Assembly (NCBI GenBank): GCA_964600835.1
Contig: CAZRLM010000001.1
Location: forward strand, 1-55,715
Direction of reading: 5' to 3'
DNA: 55,715 nucleotides
From: an uncultured Oscillospiraceae bacterium
Lineage (GTDB): Bacteria > Bacillota > Clostridia > Christensenellales > Aristaeellaceae
The notes under the pieces were generated by a model. It was not told the DNA's origin. It saw only the letters and a program-made list of their open reading frames with translations, and made no database searches. The translations under genes and the position numbers were made by a program. Below are positions 1 through 10,144 of the stretch, in pieces. Each line of letters begins with the position of its first letter. Positions within the stretch are counted from its first letter, which is position 1.

Positions 1-471
1 GAGGACGACAAGACGCACCCCATTCCCGACCTGACCGGCTACATCACCGAGGGGCAGATTATCCTGTCCCGCGAGCTGTACCGCAAGGGCATCGAGCCGC
101 CGATCGACGTGCTGCCCTCCCTGAGCCGACTCAAAGACAAGGGCATCGGCGACGGCAAGACCCGCAAGGATCACGCCGCGACGATGAACCAGCTCTTTGC
201 CGCCTATTCCCGCGGCAAGGAAGCCAAGGAGCTGGCGGTCATTCTGGGCGAGGCCGCGCTGTCGGACATCGACAAGCTCTACGCCGCCTTTGCCGACGCT
301 TTCGAGAAGGAATACGTCAACCAGGGCTACAACGCCAACCGCTCCGTGCAGGAGACGCTTGACCTGGGCTGGAAGCTGCTCTCGATGCTGCCGAGGACGG
401 AATTGAAGCGTATCCGTGACGATATGCTTGACGAATTCCTGCCCAAGCAGGGTGCGAAGGAGGATGCCTGA
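1..471 (+). CDS. ntpB: V-type ATP synthase subunit B, C-terminal part (5' end lies outside the window)
   Basis: Frame 1 is open from base 1. The translation [44 protein letters not shown]... matches the conserved C-terminal region of V/A-type ATPase B subunits. The stop TGA shares its last base with the next ATG (TGATG at 469-473). Confidence 0.85.
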   Translation, partial: EDDKTHPIPDLTGYITEGQIILSRELYRKGIEPPIDVLPSLSRLKDKGIGDGKTRKDHAATMNQLFAAYSRGKEAKELAVILGEAALSDIDKLYAAFADAFEKEYVNQGYNANRSVQETLDLGWKLLSMLPRTELKRIRDDMLDEFLPKQGAKEDA

Positions 472-1115
472 TGCCCGCCGCTCTTCGCGTGAACCCCACG
501 CGGATGGAGATGACCCGCATCAAGAAGCGCCTCGCCACCGCCACCCGCGGGCACAAGCTGCTCAAGGATAAGCGGGACGAGATGGTGCGGCAGTTCATCG
601 GCATTATCCGCGAAAACGACCGCCTCCGCCGCGAGGTTGAGGAGGAACTGTCCGTCGCGCTCAAGAACTTTGCCCTTGCTCGTGCTGTCATGGAACCGCA
701 GGCTCTGGAGGAAGCGGTGCTCTATCCCGCGCGGCAGGCAGAGCTGGTGCTGGGCAGCAAGAACATTCTTTCCGTGCACGTTCCGACCATCGCCGTCAAG
801 GAGGAATCGCTCCAGGAGACGGTGCAGTCCTACGGCTTTGCGGAAACCTCCTCCCAGCTGGACGGGGCCATCGCCACGCTGGCAGAGCTGCTGCCTAAGC
901 TGGTTCGGCTGGCGGAGATCGAAAAGTCCTGCGATATGCTGGCTGACGAGATCGAAAAGACCCGTCGCCGCGTAAACGCATTGGAGTATGTCATGATCCC
1001 GCAGTTCCAGCAGACCATCCGGGAAATCTCCATGAAACTGGAGGAAAACGAACGCGGCGCGACCACTCGCCTGATGAAGGTGAAGGATATGATGGCGCAG
1101 CGCGACGCATCCTGA
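471..1115 (+). CDS. ntpD: V-type ATP synthase subunit D
   Basis: 214 aa. The N-terminus VNPTRMEMTRIKKRLATATRGHKLLKDKRDEMVRQF is the typical V-ATPase D signature. It is translationally coupled to subunit B. Confidence 0.85.
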   Translation: MPAALRVNPTRMEMTRIKKRLATATRGHKLLKDKRDEMVRQFIGIIRENDRLRREVEEELSVALKNFALARAVMEPQALEEAVLYPARQAELVLGSKNILSVHVPTIAVKEESLQETVQSYGFAETSSQLDGAIATLAELLPKLVRLAEIEKSCDMLADEIEKTRRRVNALEYVMIPQFQQTIREISMKLEENERGATTRLMKVKDMMAQRDAS

Positions 1116-1127
1116 TTGCTGCCTACG

Positions 1128-1170
1128 GCGGCCAGTGTGGCAAACACGTTGCCCGCTGGCCGCGCTTTTG
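1128..1170 (+). terminator. Possible rho-independent terminator after the V-ATPase operon
   Basis: Inverted repeat GGCGGCCAG...CTGGCCGC followed by GCTTTTG. The T-run is short. Confidence 0.35.
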
Positions 1171-1207
1171 CTGAGAGAAAAACAGGGAGGATGGGGGAGG
1201 ACGGTCA

Positions 1208-2947
1208 ATGGACGTCGTGGCGATGCTTTTGAGCGCCGACTTTGACGAGGTGATCGTGCTCTCCGGCGAAGAATGCGGCATCAAGGAGCCTACGCTGCTC
1301 ATCGCGATCCGCGGTTATGAGGCGGAGGAGGCGCCGGAGGACGGGGCATGGATTCATCCGTACTATTACGCCTCCCAGCAGGCGTATCTGGCGGCGCGGA
1401 AAGCGGTGGAGCTGGCCCAACAGGCGGGCGTTCCGCTTTCCTCGCGGGACGAGATCCGCGTGAAGCCGATTTTTGCCCGTTTGCCGCGCTTTCGGCAGGG
1501 GCGCAACACGCTGTCCTACTTGCCGGACTGGGGAAGCCGGTTCCATGTGCAGATTTTCACGCTGGACGCGCCGCTTTCGCCGACGGAACACTTGTTGCCT
1601 GAGGCCAAGCCGCTGCAATGCGGCGAGTGCCGCCGCTGCCTGGACGCCTGTCCGACCGGCGCGCTGGATGAGACGGGCTTTCATCGGGAAAAATGTCTGC
1701 GAAACTGGCAGCTGTCCGGAAAAGCGATGCCGGAAGCTCTGCGAGCGCAAACAGGCAATCGGCTGATCGGCTGCGATGTGTGCCAACGGTGCTGTCCGCA
1801 TAATCCGCCGCCCAAAAAGCACGGCGAATCAGTGCCGCTTCAGCCGCTGCTTGCGGACAGTCGCGCGAGCGCCGCGTCGCTGGCGAAGCGAATCGGTACG
1901 AATCTGGCAATTCCGAACCGGGTGTTGGCGCAGGCGTGTCTGATAGCGGGATGCTCGGAGGACGGACAGTGGTTTGATGCGCTGGCGGCGCTGCGGACGC
2001 ATCCGTCTCCCGTGGTGGCCAGGCACGCCAACTGGGCCTTTGAACGACTCAAACAGAGAAAGGAAATGATCCGTATGGGAAAGGCCAAGGTATATTTCAC
2101 CAAGGAGATCACCAGCGAGTCGCTGCTGAAAATTTACCACGCCCTCGGTCAGCCGCTGAACGGCCGCGTGGCCGTCAAGCTGTCCACCGGCGAGCCGGGC
2201 GGGCATAACTTCCTGAATCCGAAGCTGATTGCGCCGCTGGTGAACGAGGTCAAGGGAACGATCGTCGAGTGCAACACTGCCTATGAGGGCCGTCGCAATA
2301 CGACAGCGGAGCATTGGAAGGCAATTCGTGAGCACGGCTTTATGGACATCGCGCCCTGTGACATCATGGACGAGGATGGGGAGATGGCGCTGCCTGTGCA
2401 CGGGGAGAATACCCATCTGTCCGAGAATATGGTTGGCGCGCACCTGAAGAATTACGATTCGATGATGATGCTTTCCCACTTCAAGGGCCATGCGATGGGC
2501 GGCTTTGGCGGCGCGCTGAAGAATATGTCCATTGGCGTTGCGTCGTCTCACGGCAAGGCGCTGATTCACGGCGTGGGCGATCCGGCGAAGATCTGGTCAG
2601 CTGACCATGACTCCTTCCTGGAGTGTATGGCGGAAGCGGATCTTTCCGTAGTGGAGTACATGAAGCCGGAAAATATGTGCTACATCAACGTGGCGAACCG
2701 CCTGTCGGTGGACTGCGACTGCGACAGCAATCCGAAGGAGCCGGAGATGGGCGACATCGGCATTTTCGCCTCGCTGGATCCGGTCGCCATTGATCAGGCC
2801 TGCTACGATGCGGTGATGAACTCCGAGGATCCGGGCAAGGCCGCGCTGATTGAGCGGATGACCTCCCGCCACGCGATTCACACCGTGGAACGCGCCGCGG
2901 AGCTTGGCGTGGGTGTTCGCGAATACGAGCTGATTTCGCTGGACTGA
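1208..2947 (+). CDS. Single ORF joining a QueG-like 2x[4Fe-4S] reductase domain protein (N-terminal ~289 aa) to a complete DUF362 domain protein (C-terminal ~290 aa)
   Basis: RBS GGGGGAGG lies upstream of ATG 1208. The N-terminal half has CGECRRCLDACPTGA and CDVCQRCCPHNPP ferredoxin-type motifs and a HEAT-like tail, as in epoxyqueuosine-reductase-like proteins. The C-terminal half MGKAKVYFTKEI...LSTGEPGGHNFL...SHFKGHAMGGFGGALKNMSIG...CDCD matches DUF362. An internal in-frame ATG at 2075 is preceded by AGAAAGGAAA. Confidence 0.6.
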   Translation: MDVVAMLLSADFDEVIVLSGEECGIKEPTLLIAIRGYEAEEAPEDGAWIHPYYYASQQAYLAARKAVELAQQAGVPLSSRDEIRVKPIFARLPRFRQGRNTLSYLPDWGSRFHVQIFTLDAPLSPTEHLLPEAKPLQCGECRRCLDACPTGALDETGFHREKCLRNWQLSGKAMPEALRAQTGNRLIGCDVCQRCCPHNPPPKKHGESVPLQPLLADSRASAASLAKRIGTNLAIPNRVLAQACLIAGCSEDGQWFDALAALRTHPSPVVARHANWAFERLKQRKEMIRMGKAKVYFTKEITSESLLKIYHALGQPLNGRVAVKLSTGEPGGHNFLNPKLIAPLVNEVKGTIVECNTAYEGRRNTTAEHWKAIREHGFMDIAPCDIMDEDGEMALPVHGENTHLSENMVGAHLKNYDSMMMLSHFKGHAMGGFGGALKNMSIGVASSHGKALIHGVGDPAKIWSADHDSFLECMAEADLSVVEYMKPENMCYINVANRLSVDCDCDSNPKEPEMGDIGIFASLDPVAIDQACYDAVMNSEDPGKAALIERMTSRHAIHTVERAAELGVGVREYELISLD

Positions 2948-2966
2948 TTGGATGCAATCCCATAAA

Positions 2967-3000
2967 CCCGGGGGCAAAACGCCTCCGGGCTTACTTTTTT
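2967..3000 (+). terminator. Rho-independent terminator
   Basis: CCCGGGGGC-aaaac-GCCTCCGGG hairpin followed by CTTACTTTTTT. Confidence 0.65.
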
Positions 3001-3073
3001 CTTGCGTTTGGGCGGAAAAAAGGCTATAATAAATACTGGTTTTGTGTGGATAATTGGTTTGGAGGAGATAGGT

Positions 3074-4780
3074 TTGCCGCTGAAGCCGATTTATGAAAAG
3101 TCGCCGATGATGCCTCTGTCCGCGCTGCCACTGCGCGCGGGTACCTTCCGTGTATCGCGGAGGGAGGCGTTCATGCTTTATGAGATGACAAAGCACGCGT
3201 CCGCCCGTCCTGAGTTGTGGGAGAGCGCGTTTCGCATGGCTTGCGCGATGACGAAAAAGCCGATGGAAGAACCGGTTGCAGGCTGGATCGTTGGCGCGCT
3301 GGCAGCGCAGAGAGAGGATGGCGCGCTGGCCGAGGACGAGGCGCAGGGTCTTGCGATTGCCCGTGCCGTCTTTGCGATGTACGAGCAGGACGCGCGCCGT
3401 CCATTGCTGGAAAAGTTGCTGCGCTACTGCGCGCATTTGGCCGCCGATTGGGAGCGGGCGATGGCGTGCGGGGCGATTCGCACCAGCCCGGCGGATCTGC
3501 TGGCGCTGCTGGAAGGGCTGTATCGCGTGACAGGCAAAAAGTCCGTTTCGGCGCTCTGTGCGCGGCTGCGGGAGCAAAGCATGGACTGGAGCGGCGTGCT
3601 GCGTACCTTCGCGGTGCAGAGGCCGATGAGCCGCGTGACGTCCTGGCGCGATATGGAAGCCGGATTGGAAGCCGAGGAAGGCAGCGAGGCGGGCTTCTAT
3701 ACCCGGCAATACCTGACCTGCCATGGCGAGGCGCTGGCGGACGGCGCGAGAAGCGCGACGCTGAGCGGCCTGCTGAGCGGCAAGGGGCAGGAGCTGAGTG
3801 CGGCGAAAATCGGCTGGGAGAAGCTTCGGCGCTATCACGGCTCGGTGTGCGGCGGCATAACGGCGGATGAAACGCTGGCGGGCGCGTCGCCCTCCGTAGG
3901 CGTGGACGCGGCTGCACTGGGCGCATGGGCCGAGGCGCTGGCGTCTCAGGACGCATCCGGCGATGATCCCTGGGCTTTTGAGGCGCTGGAAACGCTGCTG
4001 GAAAACGGGCTGTCCGCCGCTGTCGGTGCGGAGGGCCTGGTGCCGTTCCAGCGGGTAAACGGCCTTTCTGCCAACTGCGGGACGAAGGACTGCTATCATG
4101 TTTCCGACGGTGACGAACAGGGCTGGCGAGTTCTGAACCGCCTGTGCCGCGGCTGGGCGGCGGCGCTTGCTGCCGCGGTTATGACGCGGACGGACGGCGC
4201 GCAGATCAACCTGCTGCTGCCGGGGCGGTATGCGCTGCCGATCGACGGTCAAACCGTCGTCGCTTCCGTCAGCGACGGCGAAGACGAATATCGCCTCGTA
4301 TGGGCGCTCAAGCAGTCGGTGAAGTTCACGCTGCGGATGCTGATTCCCGCTTGGGCGGAAAACGCCGCGCTCCTGGTCAACGACGAGCAGGCGGACGTGG
4401 CGACCCCCGGCGTTTACGCGACGCTGACGCGGGAGTGGCAGGACGGCGACACGGTGACGTTACGCTTCCATCGGGCGCTTCGCGTGCATGAGGGCCATCA
4501 CCAGGGCTGCTGGGTGACGCTGGGCGCGCAGGTGCTGGCGTATCCCGCGTCGGCGGAGGATTGGGCGGTCGCGCTTTGCGGCGAACCGGAGCTTGACGCG
4601 TCGGGCACGGTGGTCGCGCCGGTGCGAAACGTGCCGGAATGGCGCAAGAAGGGCAGCGTTCCGGCGGATATCCCGGTGTTGCCATTGACGGTTGGAGAAA
4701 CGCGAAAGGTTCGCTTGACGCCCTATGCGCAGACGCCCTGCCGCATCGCCATGTTCCCGCGGGGGCGCAGCGATGGCTGA
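3074..4780 (+). CDS. DUF1680 / GH127-like six-hairpin glycosidase-like protein (tentative)
   Basis: The long ORF opens at 3002. The preferred start is TTG 3074, 7 nt after GGAGGAG. The C-terminal segment LLLPGRYALPIDGQ...FTLRMLIPAWAENAALLVNDEQ...YATLTREWQDGDTVTLRFHRAL resembles the beta-sandwich end of DUF1680/GH127 proteins. I did not recognise the canonical Cys-rich catalytic motif. Confidence 0.4.
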   Translation: MPLKPIYEKSPMMPLSALPLRAGTFRVSRREAFMLYEMTKHASARPELWESAFRMACAMTKKPMEEPVAGWIVGALAAQREDGALAEDEAQGLAIARAVFAMYEQDARRPLLEKLLRYCAHLAADWERAMACGAIRTSPADLLALLEGLYRVTGKKSVSALCARLREQSMDWSGVLRTFAVQRPMSRVTSWRDMEAGLEAEEGSEAGFYTRQYLTCHGEALADGARSATLSGLLSGKGQELSAAKIGWEKLRRYHGSVCGGITADETLAGASPSVGVDAAALGAWAEALASQDASGDDPWAFEALETLLENGLSAAVGAEGLVPFQRVNGLSANCGTKDCYHVSDGDEQGWRVLNRLCRGWAAALAAAVMTRTDGAQINLLLPGRYALPIDGQTVVASVSDGEDEYRLVWALKQSVKFTLRMLIPAWAENAALLVNDEQADVATPGVYATLTREWQDGDTVTLRFHRALRVHEGHHQGCWVTLGAQVLAYPASAEDWAVALCGEPELDASGTVVAPVRNVPEWRKKGSVPADIPVLPLTVGETRKVRLTPYAQTPCRIAMFPRGRSDG

Positions 4781-5729
4781 GGTTCGTCTGGCCCCGATGG
4801 CCGGTATCACCGACTGGCCGATGCGGGTGCTTTGCTTTGAACAGGGCTGTGACTGCGCGTATACGGAAATGGTGAGCGCCATGGGCTATGTGTACGCGCC
4901 GAAGGATCACACGGCGACGGTTTCCCTGCTCAAGCGCGATCCCCGAGAGCCGAAGCTGATTTTGCAGCTCTTCGGTAAGGATGCGACGCTGATGGCGCGC
5001 GCCGCGGCGGAGCTGTCCGCAACCGAACGTTACGATGGCATTGACATCAACATGGGCTGTCCGGCGCGAAAGGTAGCCTGCTCCGGCGAGGGCAGCGGCC
5101 TGATGCGCGACCCGGACAACGCGCGGCGAATCCTGACGGCGGTCGTCGGGGCCACAACGCTGCCGGTGTCCGTCAAAATGCGGCTGGGCTGGGATGCGCA
5201 GTCGATCAATGTGGTGGACATGGCGCGCATGGCCGAGGATTGCGGTGTGCAGGAAATCGCCGTGCATGGTCGGACGCGGCAGCAGCAGTACAGCGGCGAG
5301 GCAGACTGGGAGGCAATCGCCCGGGTCAAGCAGGCGGTCAGCGTGCCGGTCCTGGGCAACGGCGACGTGTTCACCGCAGAAGACGCGGAGCGACGATTGA
5401 AGGAGTCCGACGTGGACGGCCTGTTGATTGGCCGGGGCGCGATGGGCAATCCATGGCTGTTCCATCAGATCAAGGCTCGGTTGAACGGACAGGAAGCGGC
5501 GATGCCGACCGTCGAGGAGCGCGTCGCAATGGCGCTTCGTCACTACGATATGCTGCTTGGTTGGAAGCCGGAGCGCATTGCCGTTGCGGAGATGCGCAAG
5601 CATATTGCCTGGTATCTGCGCGGGCTGCGCGGCGCGGCACAGGCCCGGGTTGCCATCAACGCCATCGACAGCGCGGAAGAAGCAAAGAAGGCGCTCAGGG
5701 CCTTTGCACAGGCGCTGTCATCAATGTAA
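4773..5729 (+). CDS. dusB: tRNA-dihydrouridine synthase
   Basis: MAEVRLAPMAGITDWPMRVLC..., NMGCPARKV, VKMRLGW and HGRTR motifs mark the Dus family. ATG 4773 overlaps the upstream stop (ATGGCTGA). Confidence 0.85.
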   Translation: MAEVRLAPMAGITDWPMRVLCFEQGCDCAYTEMVSAMGYVYAPKDHTATVSLLKRDPREPKLILQLFGKDATLMARAAAELSATERYDGIDINMGCPARKVACSGEGSGLMRDPDNARRILTAVVGATTLPVSVKMRLGWDAQSINVVDMARMAEDCGVQEIAVHGRTRQQQYSGEADWEAIARVKQAVSVPVLGNGDVFTAEDAERRLKESDVDGLLIGRGAMGNPWLFHQIKARLNGQEAAMPTVEERVAMALRHYDMLLGWKPERIAVAEMRKHIAWYLRGLRGAAQARVAINAIDSAEEAKKALRAFAQALSSM

Positions 5730-5797
5730 ATTCCCCTCTTGCCGGGATGAAAGGCCGCAGGCCGTCCGTTGCGTAGAGGGAAGGAAGTGGTTATCCG

Positions 5798-7213
5798 ATG
5801 CATCATAGAAGGCATTGGATTCGGCGGGCGACGGCATGGATCGTTGCGCTGCTGCTGACAGGCACGGTTGCGATGGCCGATGCAATCGAGATGATTCCTG
5901 GTGTTGATTTACGTGCGCTGGAGGAGAAGCCGCTGTCCGTTACGCTTACGGTGGATGTGGCGGCGCATATGCCCTTTGACGAAACGCGCTGCGGACAATT
6001 AAACGCGCTGCTGCGTCATCTGTCGATGTCGCTGAACTATCAGCAGATAGAGCAGGAAGATTGGAGCCGCATGGCGATCCTGGTCGATGGCCAGGAGGCA
6101 GTGTCGATCGCGCAGCGCAGCAGCGACGCGCGGACGGAAACGCAGTTTTCCAGCCTGCCGGGCAGGACGTTTATCACATCCAGCGCGGCCATCGCGCTGG
6201 GCGGTGAAGCAGACCTTTCCATCTTTGGCCTGGACGGAAGCGAGCGCGAGTGGCTGGACGCGGGCTACGCGCTGATTGGTGCGGTTTCCGAGCCGTTGAG
6301 CGGCTGGGAGAAGCAGACCACGATCAAGACAAAGATTGCCGACATGGGTACCGCGGTTGTCAAGCAGGTATACACCGTGCCCAAGGAGGATGCGTCCGGG
6401 CTGTCGGATACCCTGGCGGCGCTTTGCCCGGAAGGCCGCTTGCGCACGCTGCTGAGCGGGTTGCTGTTTTCGGGCAAGCAGTCCCTGACGCTGTGGCGGG
6501 ACGCGGAGAACGCGGTGCTGCGGCTGGAATACAAGGGCAGATGCGGACGCAGTGAGGACGAGCTGCGGAACGTGACGCTTGTCTGGCGGATGTGCCGCAC
6601 GGGCGAGGCGGAACGGGACGACCTGACGCTCAAAAGCCCAGCCGTCAAGGGCACGGACAGCAACACGCTGTCCTTTGAGCGCTCGCTGACGACGGACGGG
6701 ACAAAGTCCGATCTGAAGGCAAAGTTCAGCTACACGACGGTTTCAGCAAAGAAAAAAACTACGCTGTCCGGAGAAGCGTCGCTGACGGGCGAGGCGGCGG
6801 AGGACGGCGGCACGCTGACGGGCAAGGTGTCAATCAAGCGGATGCTGCCGGGGGCGGAACACGCTGAACAGGTTGTGCTGTCGCCGCAGGTGCTTTTTTC
6901 CGGCGACAAGCTCTCGCCCCGCGCGGAAGGAACGGTTCGGGTACAGACCTATCGGGGATCGGATCCGCAGGAGGACGCTACCATCGGCGCAACCGTTTCG
7001 GTCGGCGAGTTTTTCTCCTGGGAGATGGAACAGAATCAGATCGTTGTGGACGATCAAAAGGGGGAAGCGCTGATGGCGGAAGCCGCTTCCGCCGCGGTGG
7101 CGGCGCTGATCCGCCCGCTGGTGCTGCTGCCGGAGGAGGATACGCTGTATCTTTCCGCCGGGTTGTCAGGCTGGCAGACCATTGTAGAGGCCGCCCGGGA
7201 AGGGCGCGAATAG
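5798..7213 (+). CDS. Exported protein of unknown function (first member of a tandem trio)
   Basis: RBS GGGAAGGAAG. The N-terminus RRATAWIVALLLTGTVAMA-DA looks like a Sec signal peptide. I recognised no known catalytic motif. Confidence 0.6.
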   Translation: MHHRRHWIRRATAWIVALLLTGTVAMADAIEMIPGVDLRALEEKPLSVTLTVDVAAHMPFDETRCGQLNALLRHLSMSLNYQQIEQEDWSRMAILVDGQEAVSIAQRSSDARTETQFSSLPGRTFITSSAAIALGGEADLSIFGLDGSEREWLDAGYALIGAVSEPLSGWEKQTTIKTKIADMGTAVVKQVYTVPKEDASGLSDTLAALCPEGRLRTLLSGLLFSGKQSLTLWRDAENAVLRLEYKGRCGRSEDELRNVTLVWRMCRTGEAERDDLTLKSPAVKGTDSNTLSFERSLTTDGTKSDLKAKFSYTTVSAKKKTTLSGEASLTGEAAEDGGTLTGKVSIKRMLPGAEHAEQVVLSPQVLFSGDKLSPRAEGTVRVQTYRGSDPQEDATIGATVSVGEFFSWEMEQNQIVVDDQKGEALMAEAASAAVAALIRPLVLLPEEDTLYLSAGLSGWQTIVEAAREGRE

Positions 7214-7223
7214 GAGGGGTATC

Positions 7224-8693
7224 ATGAAACGACTTGCGTGCCTTGCGCTGTGCGTACTGCTGCTTGTGACGGCAGTGTGCGCCTCGGCTGCGGAGTATAC
7301 GCTGCCGGAGAAGCTGCGCCGCCAGCTGGACTTTGGCAACGGCTTCCGGGGAACGGTGACCTTCTCTCTGGAAGGCGACGCGCCCTGGACGCAGAGCCTT
7401 CGCGCTATGGATGGGGCAGAGCTGCAGCTGCGGGCGATTCACTCCGACGGGCAGTTCCAGTACCAGCTGTACGGGCTGGAGGGGGAGACGCAGGTCGGTC
7501 TGACGCAGCTGTACGGAGATGCGGAGAACGCGTATTTCCGTAGCGAGCTGCTGCCGGGAAAGCTGCTGACCATGCCCATCGGCGAGTCGCTGACTTCGCT
7601 GGCGCTGGACAAGGCAGGCGCGAATCCCGCCTGGTATGACGCGGCGCTGCGCCTGATGTCCATATCCGACGCGGACTGGGCGGAAAGCTGGGAACCCGCG
7701 CTGCTGCCCTATCAGCAGCAGCTTGAAATGTGGCTGGACGCCTATGCCTCCGCGCCGGAAATGGTGCGCGACAACGAGGGCAACTCCGTCATGGTGGTTC
7801 GCTATGTCCTCCCGGCACAGGCGATCAAGGACGAGCTGGTCAGCCTGATTCGCCTGCTGATGGCGGACGAAACGCTGCTGACGCTCCTGCGCGGACAGAT
7901 GCGGGAAAACGCGCAGGCGGTCTATTTGAACCCTGACCTGATGTATTTTTATGAGGCCGCCATTGCCGCCCTGCCCTTTGAGGAGGATGTGATGGTGGAG
8001 CGCGAGCTGTCCACCATGGGCGAGCTGGTGTCTACGGAGCTTCGCCTGCCAGTCCTGACTGCGGACGGAAGCGCGCGAATGCTGAGCGTCGAGCAGGGCG
8101 ACGGCGGGCTCACCGCGACGCTGGAGGGCGACGAGCAGGACATGACGCTGATCGTGCGAGAATCCTCGCATATGGCGGAAAACATGACTGTGCGCGGCGT
8201 GCTGCGGGTGATCCCGGCGGATATGAGCGAGGATCATCCGGGGCAGTCGATCGGCTTTGTCGTCAAACGGCTTCATGCCACCAGCACGGACAGCAGCAGC
8301 ATCAATCACGACAGCACGAGCTTTACCCTCAGCCTTGCCCCTGATCTGACCGATTTGGCGGACAGCGAAGGTCTGTATGCGGATTTCCTGCCGGTGGAGA
8401 TGAAAGCGCTGGTGCATTTGTCCTCCGGCAGCGCGAACCGGAACCCGACGAACGTCGAGGTAGACGCGTCCTTTGCCTGCGGCGGCGCGACGCTGACCAT
8501 GAACGCTGCCTGCAAGACGACGACGCCCTGGCTGTTGTTCGACCTGCCGACGGAGGGCGCGGAAAGCGTCCTGACCGGCGACATGACCTCAAATCTGCTG
8601 ACGCTGCTGGGCAACCTGCGCGCTGCGCTGGCGAAGCAGACGGCGGATGATCTCCCGTTGCCGGTCGGCACGTCGACCGACCTGACGGAGTAA
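7224..8693 (+). CDS. Exported protein of unknown function (second member of the tandem trio)
   Basis: RBS AGGAGGGG lies 5 nt before the ATG. Signal peptide MKRLACLALCVLLLVTAVCASA-AE. Similar in size and composition to its neighbours. Confidence 0.6.
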   Translation: MKRLACLALCVLLLVTAVCASAAEYTLPEKLRRQLDFGNGFRGTVTFSLEGDAPWTQSLRAMDGAELQLRAIHSDGQFQYQLYGLEGETQVGLTQLYGDAENAYFRSELLPGKLLTMPIGESLTSLALDKAGANPAWYDAALRLMSISDADWAESWEPALLPYQQQLEMWLDAYASAPEMVRDNEGNSVMVVRYVLPAQAIKDELVSLIRLLMADETLLTLLRGQMRENAQAVYLNPDLMYFYEAAIAALPFEEDVMVERELSTMGELVSTELRLPVLTADGSARMLSVEQGDGGLTATLEGDEQDMTLIVRESSHMAENMTVRGVLRVIPADMSEDHPGQSIGFVVKRLHATSTDSSSINHDSTSFTLSLAPDLTDLADSEGLYADFLPVEMKALVHLSSGSANRNPTNVEVDASFACGGATLTMNAACKTTTPWLLFDLPTEGAESVLTGDMTSNLLTLLGNLRAALAKQTADDLPLPVGTSTDLTE

Positions 8694-8705
8694 AGGAGCA
8701 GCCGA

Positions 8706-10100
8706 ATGAAAAAAGCGATTGCGCTTTTGCTGGCGTTGCTGCTTGTGCCGGTGTCCGGACTGGCGGAGGCCCTGCAGTGGACAATCACGCTGGAAATTGC
8801 GCCGATGAACGAATTCCTTTCGACGATTCCGGTCGAATCGACGGACGAATCGGAAAAGCAGTTCCAAGCGATCCTCGACGCTGCCAACGCGCTGCTCAGC
8901 AGCATTTCCGTGCGCGTAACGTGCCAGCAGAACGCGGCGCGTCTGGAGCTTTTGATGCGCGACGGTACGCTGCTGGACGCCACGGCTGTGCTGGACGATA
9001 CGGGCTTTGCATTGTCCTCCAGCCTGATTCCCGGCGTAAAGCTGGCGTGGAAGCCGGATCAGGCGCAGGTTTGGCAAACGGCGGATGCGGTTGCCCGCGT
9101 GGACTGGCCGGCAATCAGCCAGCGGTTGGCCGATTGCTTTGACGAATGGCTTGCTGGCTGCGCGCCCGCGGTGACGGAAACCGGCAGCTTTGCGGGCGAC
9201 GCCTACGAGGGCGGCGTGAAGCGGACGCTCTACCGGTTCGACGACCGGGATCTCGCCATGCTGCTGTCCGCGGCGGGCGCGGCGCTGAACGCGGACGCGG
9301 CCGTGCAGAATATCATCCGTCTGCTGGGTGATTCGCTGACGACGGCGCTTGATGAGGCGCGGGAGTTTAACCGAACGGTCGGACTGAGAAACGAGTATCA
9401 CTATCAGCTTTCGCTTGTCGAGCGGGAGGACGGCGCGCTATGCGGCGTATCCCTGACAGTGCTTCGCGCTGGTGAGGAGCAGGTGTCGACCCTCTCAGTC
9501 GGGTTCACGGAAAACGATACGCGCCTGGTGTGGGGTTATGGCCTGGAGGACGTGAATTACTACGCCGATCTGACCGTTTCCGTTTTGGAAAATACGCAAT
9601 TGATCCGAAGAACCGAAATCAACAGCGCCGTTTATGAGGATCCGGCGTTTGCAGGCTATCAGGCGGCGAAGCAGGGCGAACCGGTTTGGTCGCTGCTGGC
9701 CCAGGAGGTTATCGAGACGGTTGCCGACCATGAAACCGTATCGGACATGACGATGACGGTCGAAGGACGCGATCTTCCACAATATCGCTATGAAATCCAT
9801 GAGGAAGTGGGTCAGTCGCCCTTCCAGGGTCAGTCGACGTCCACGATGTATATCGACAACGCGCGGTACCTGACGGAAACGATCACGGGCGAAATGGTTG
9901 AGGCCTTTGATCCCGCGCAGGACGGTTTGCGGGAAATCAGCCTGCTGCCGGAACTTAGCGCGCAGGATCAGGCCGATCTGGCGGAAATCCTGCAAGAGGG
10001 CCTGTCGACGCTGACGGTACAGCTGTTCAAGCTTGCTCCGCCGGAGGTGCTGACGGTGTTCATGATGCAGGGAATCGGTTTACCGACGCAGTCGGAATAA
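8706..10100 (+). CDS. Exported protein of unknown function (third member of the tandem trio)
   Basis: RBS AAAGGAG. Signal peptide MKKAIALLLALLLVPVSGLA-EA. 464 aa. Confidence 0.6.
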   Translation: MKKAIALLLALLLVPVSGLAEALQWTITLEIAPMNEFLSTIPVESTDESEKQFQAILDAANALLSSISVRVTCQQNAARLELLMRDGTLLDATAVLDDTGFALSSSLIPGVKLAWKPDQAQVWQTADAVARVDWPAISQRLADCFDEWLAGCAPAVTETGSFAGDAYEGGVKRTLYRFDDRDLAMLLSAAGAALNADAAVQNIIRLLGDSLTTALDEAREFNRTVGLRNEYHYQLSLVEREDGALCGVSLTVLRAGEEQVSTLSVGFTENDTRLVWGYGLEDVNYYADLTVSVLENTQLIRRTEINSAVYEDPAFAGYQAAKQGEPVWSLLAQEVIETVADHETVSDMTMTVEGRDLPQYRYEIHEEVGQSPFQGQSTSTMYIDNARYLTETITGEMVEAFDPAQDGLREISLLPELSAQDQADLAEILQEGLSTLTVQLFKLAPPEVLTVFMMQGIGLPTQSE

Positions 10101-10144
10101 ACCCGAACGGGCGGAGTAAAAAGAAAAAAGGAGTATTCGCGACG

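Noticed and set aside
2597-4252. Very long antisense ORFs (for example 2597-4252 -, 6978-8417 -, 19047-20498 -, 25387-26688 -, 27127-28788 -, 29652-31400 -, 50482-52053 +) that mirror well-supported genes
   Set aside because: Their translations are Arg/Pro/Ala/Gly/His-rich low-complexity strings without motifs or RBSs. They lie opposite CDSs with clear family signatures. This is typical stop-codon depletion in the antisense frames of GC-rich DNA.
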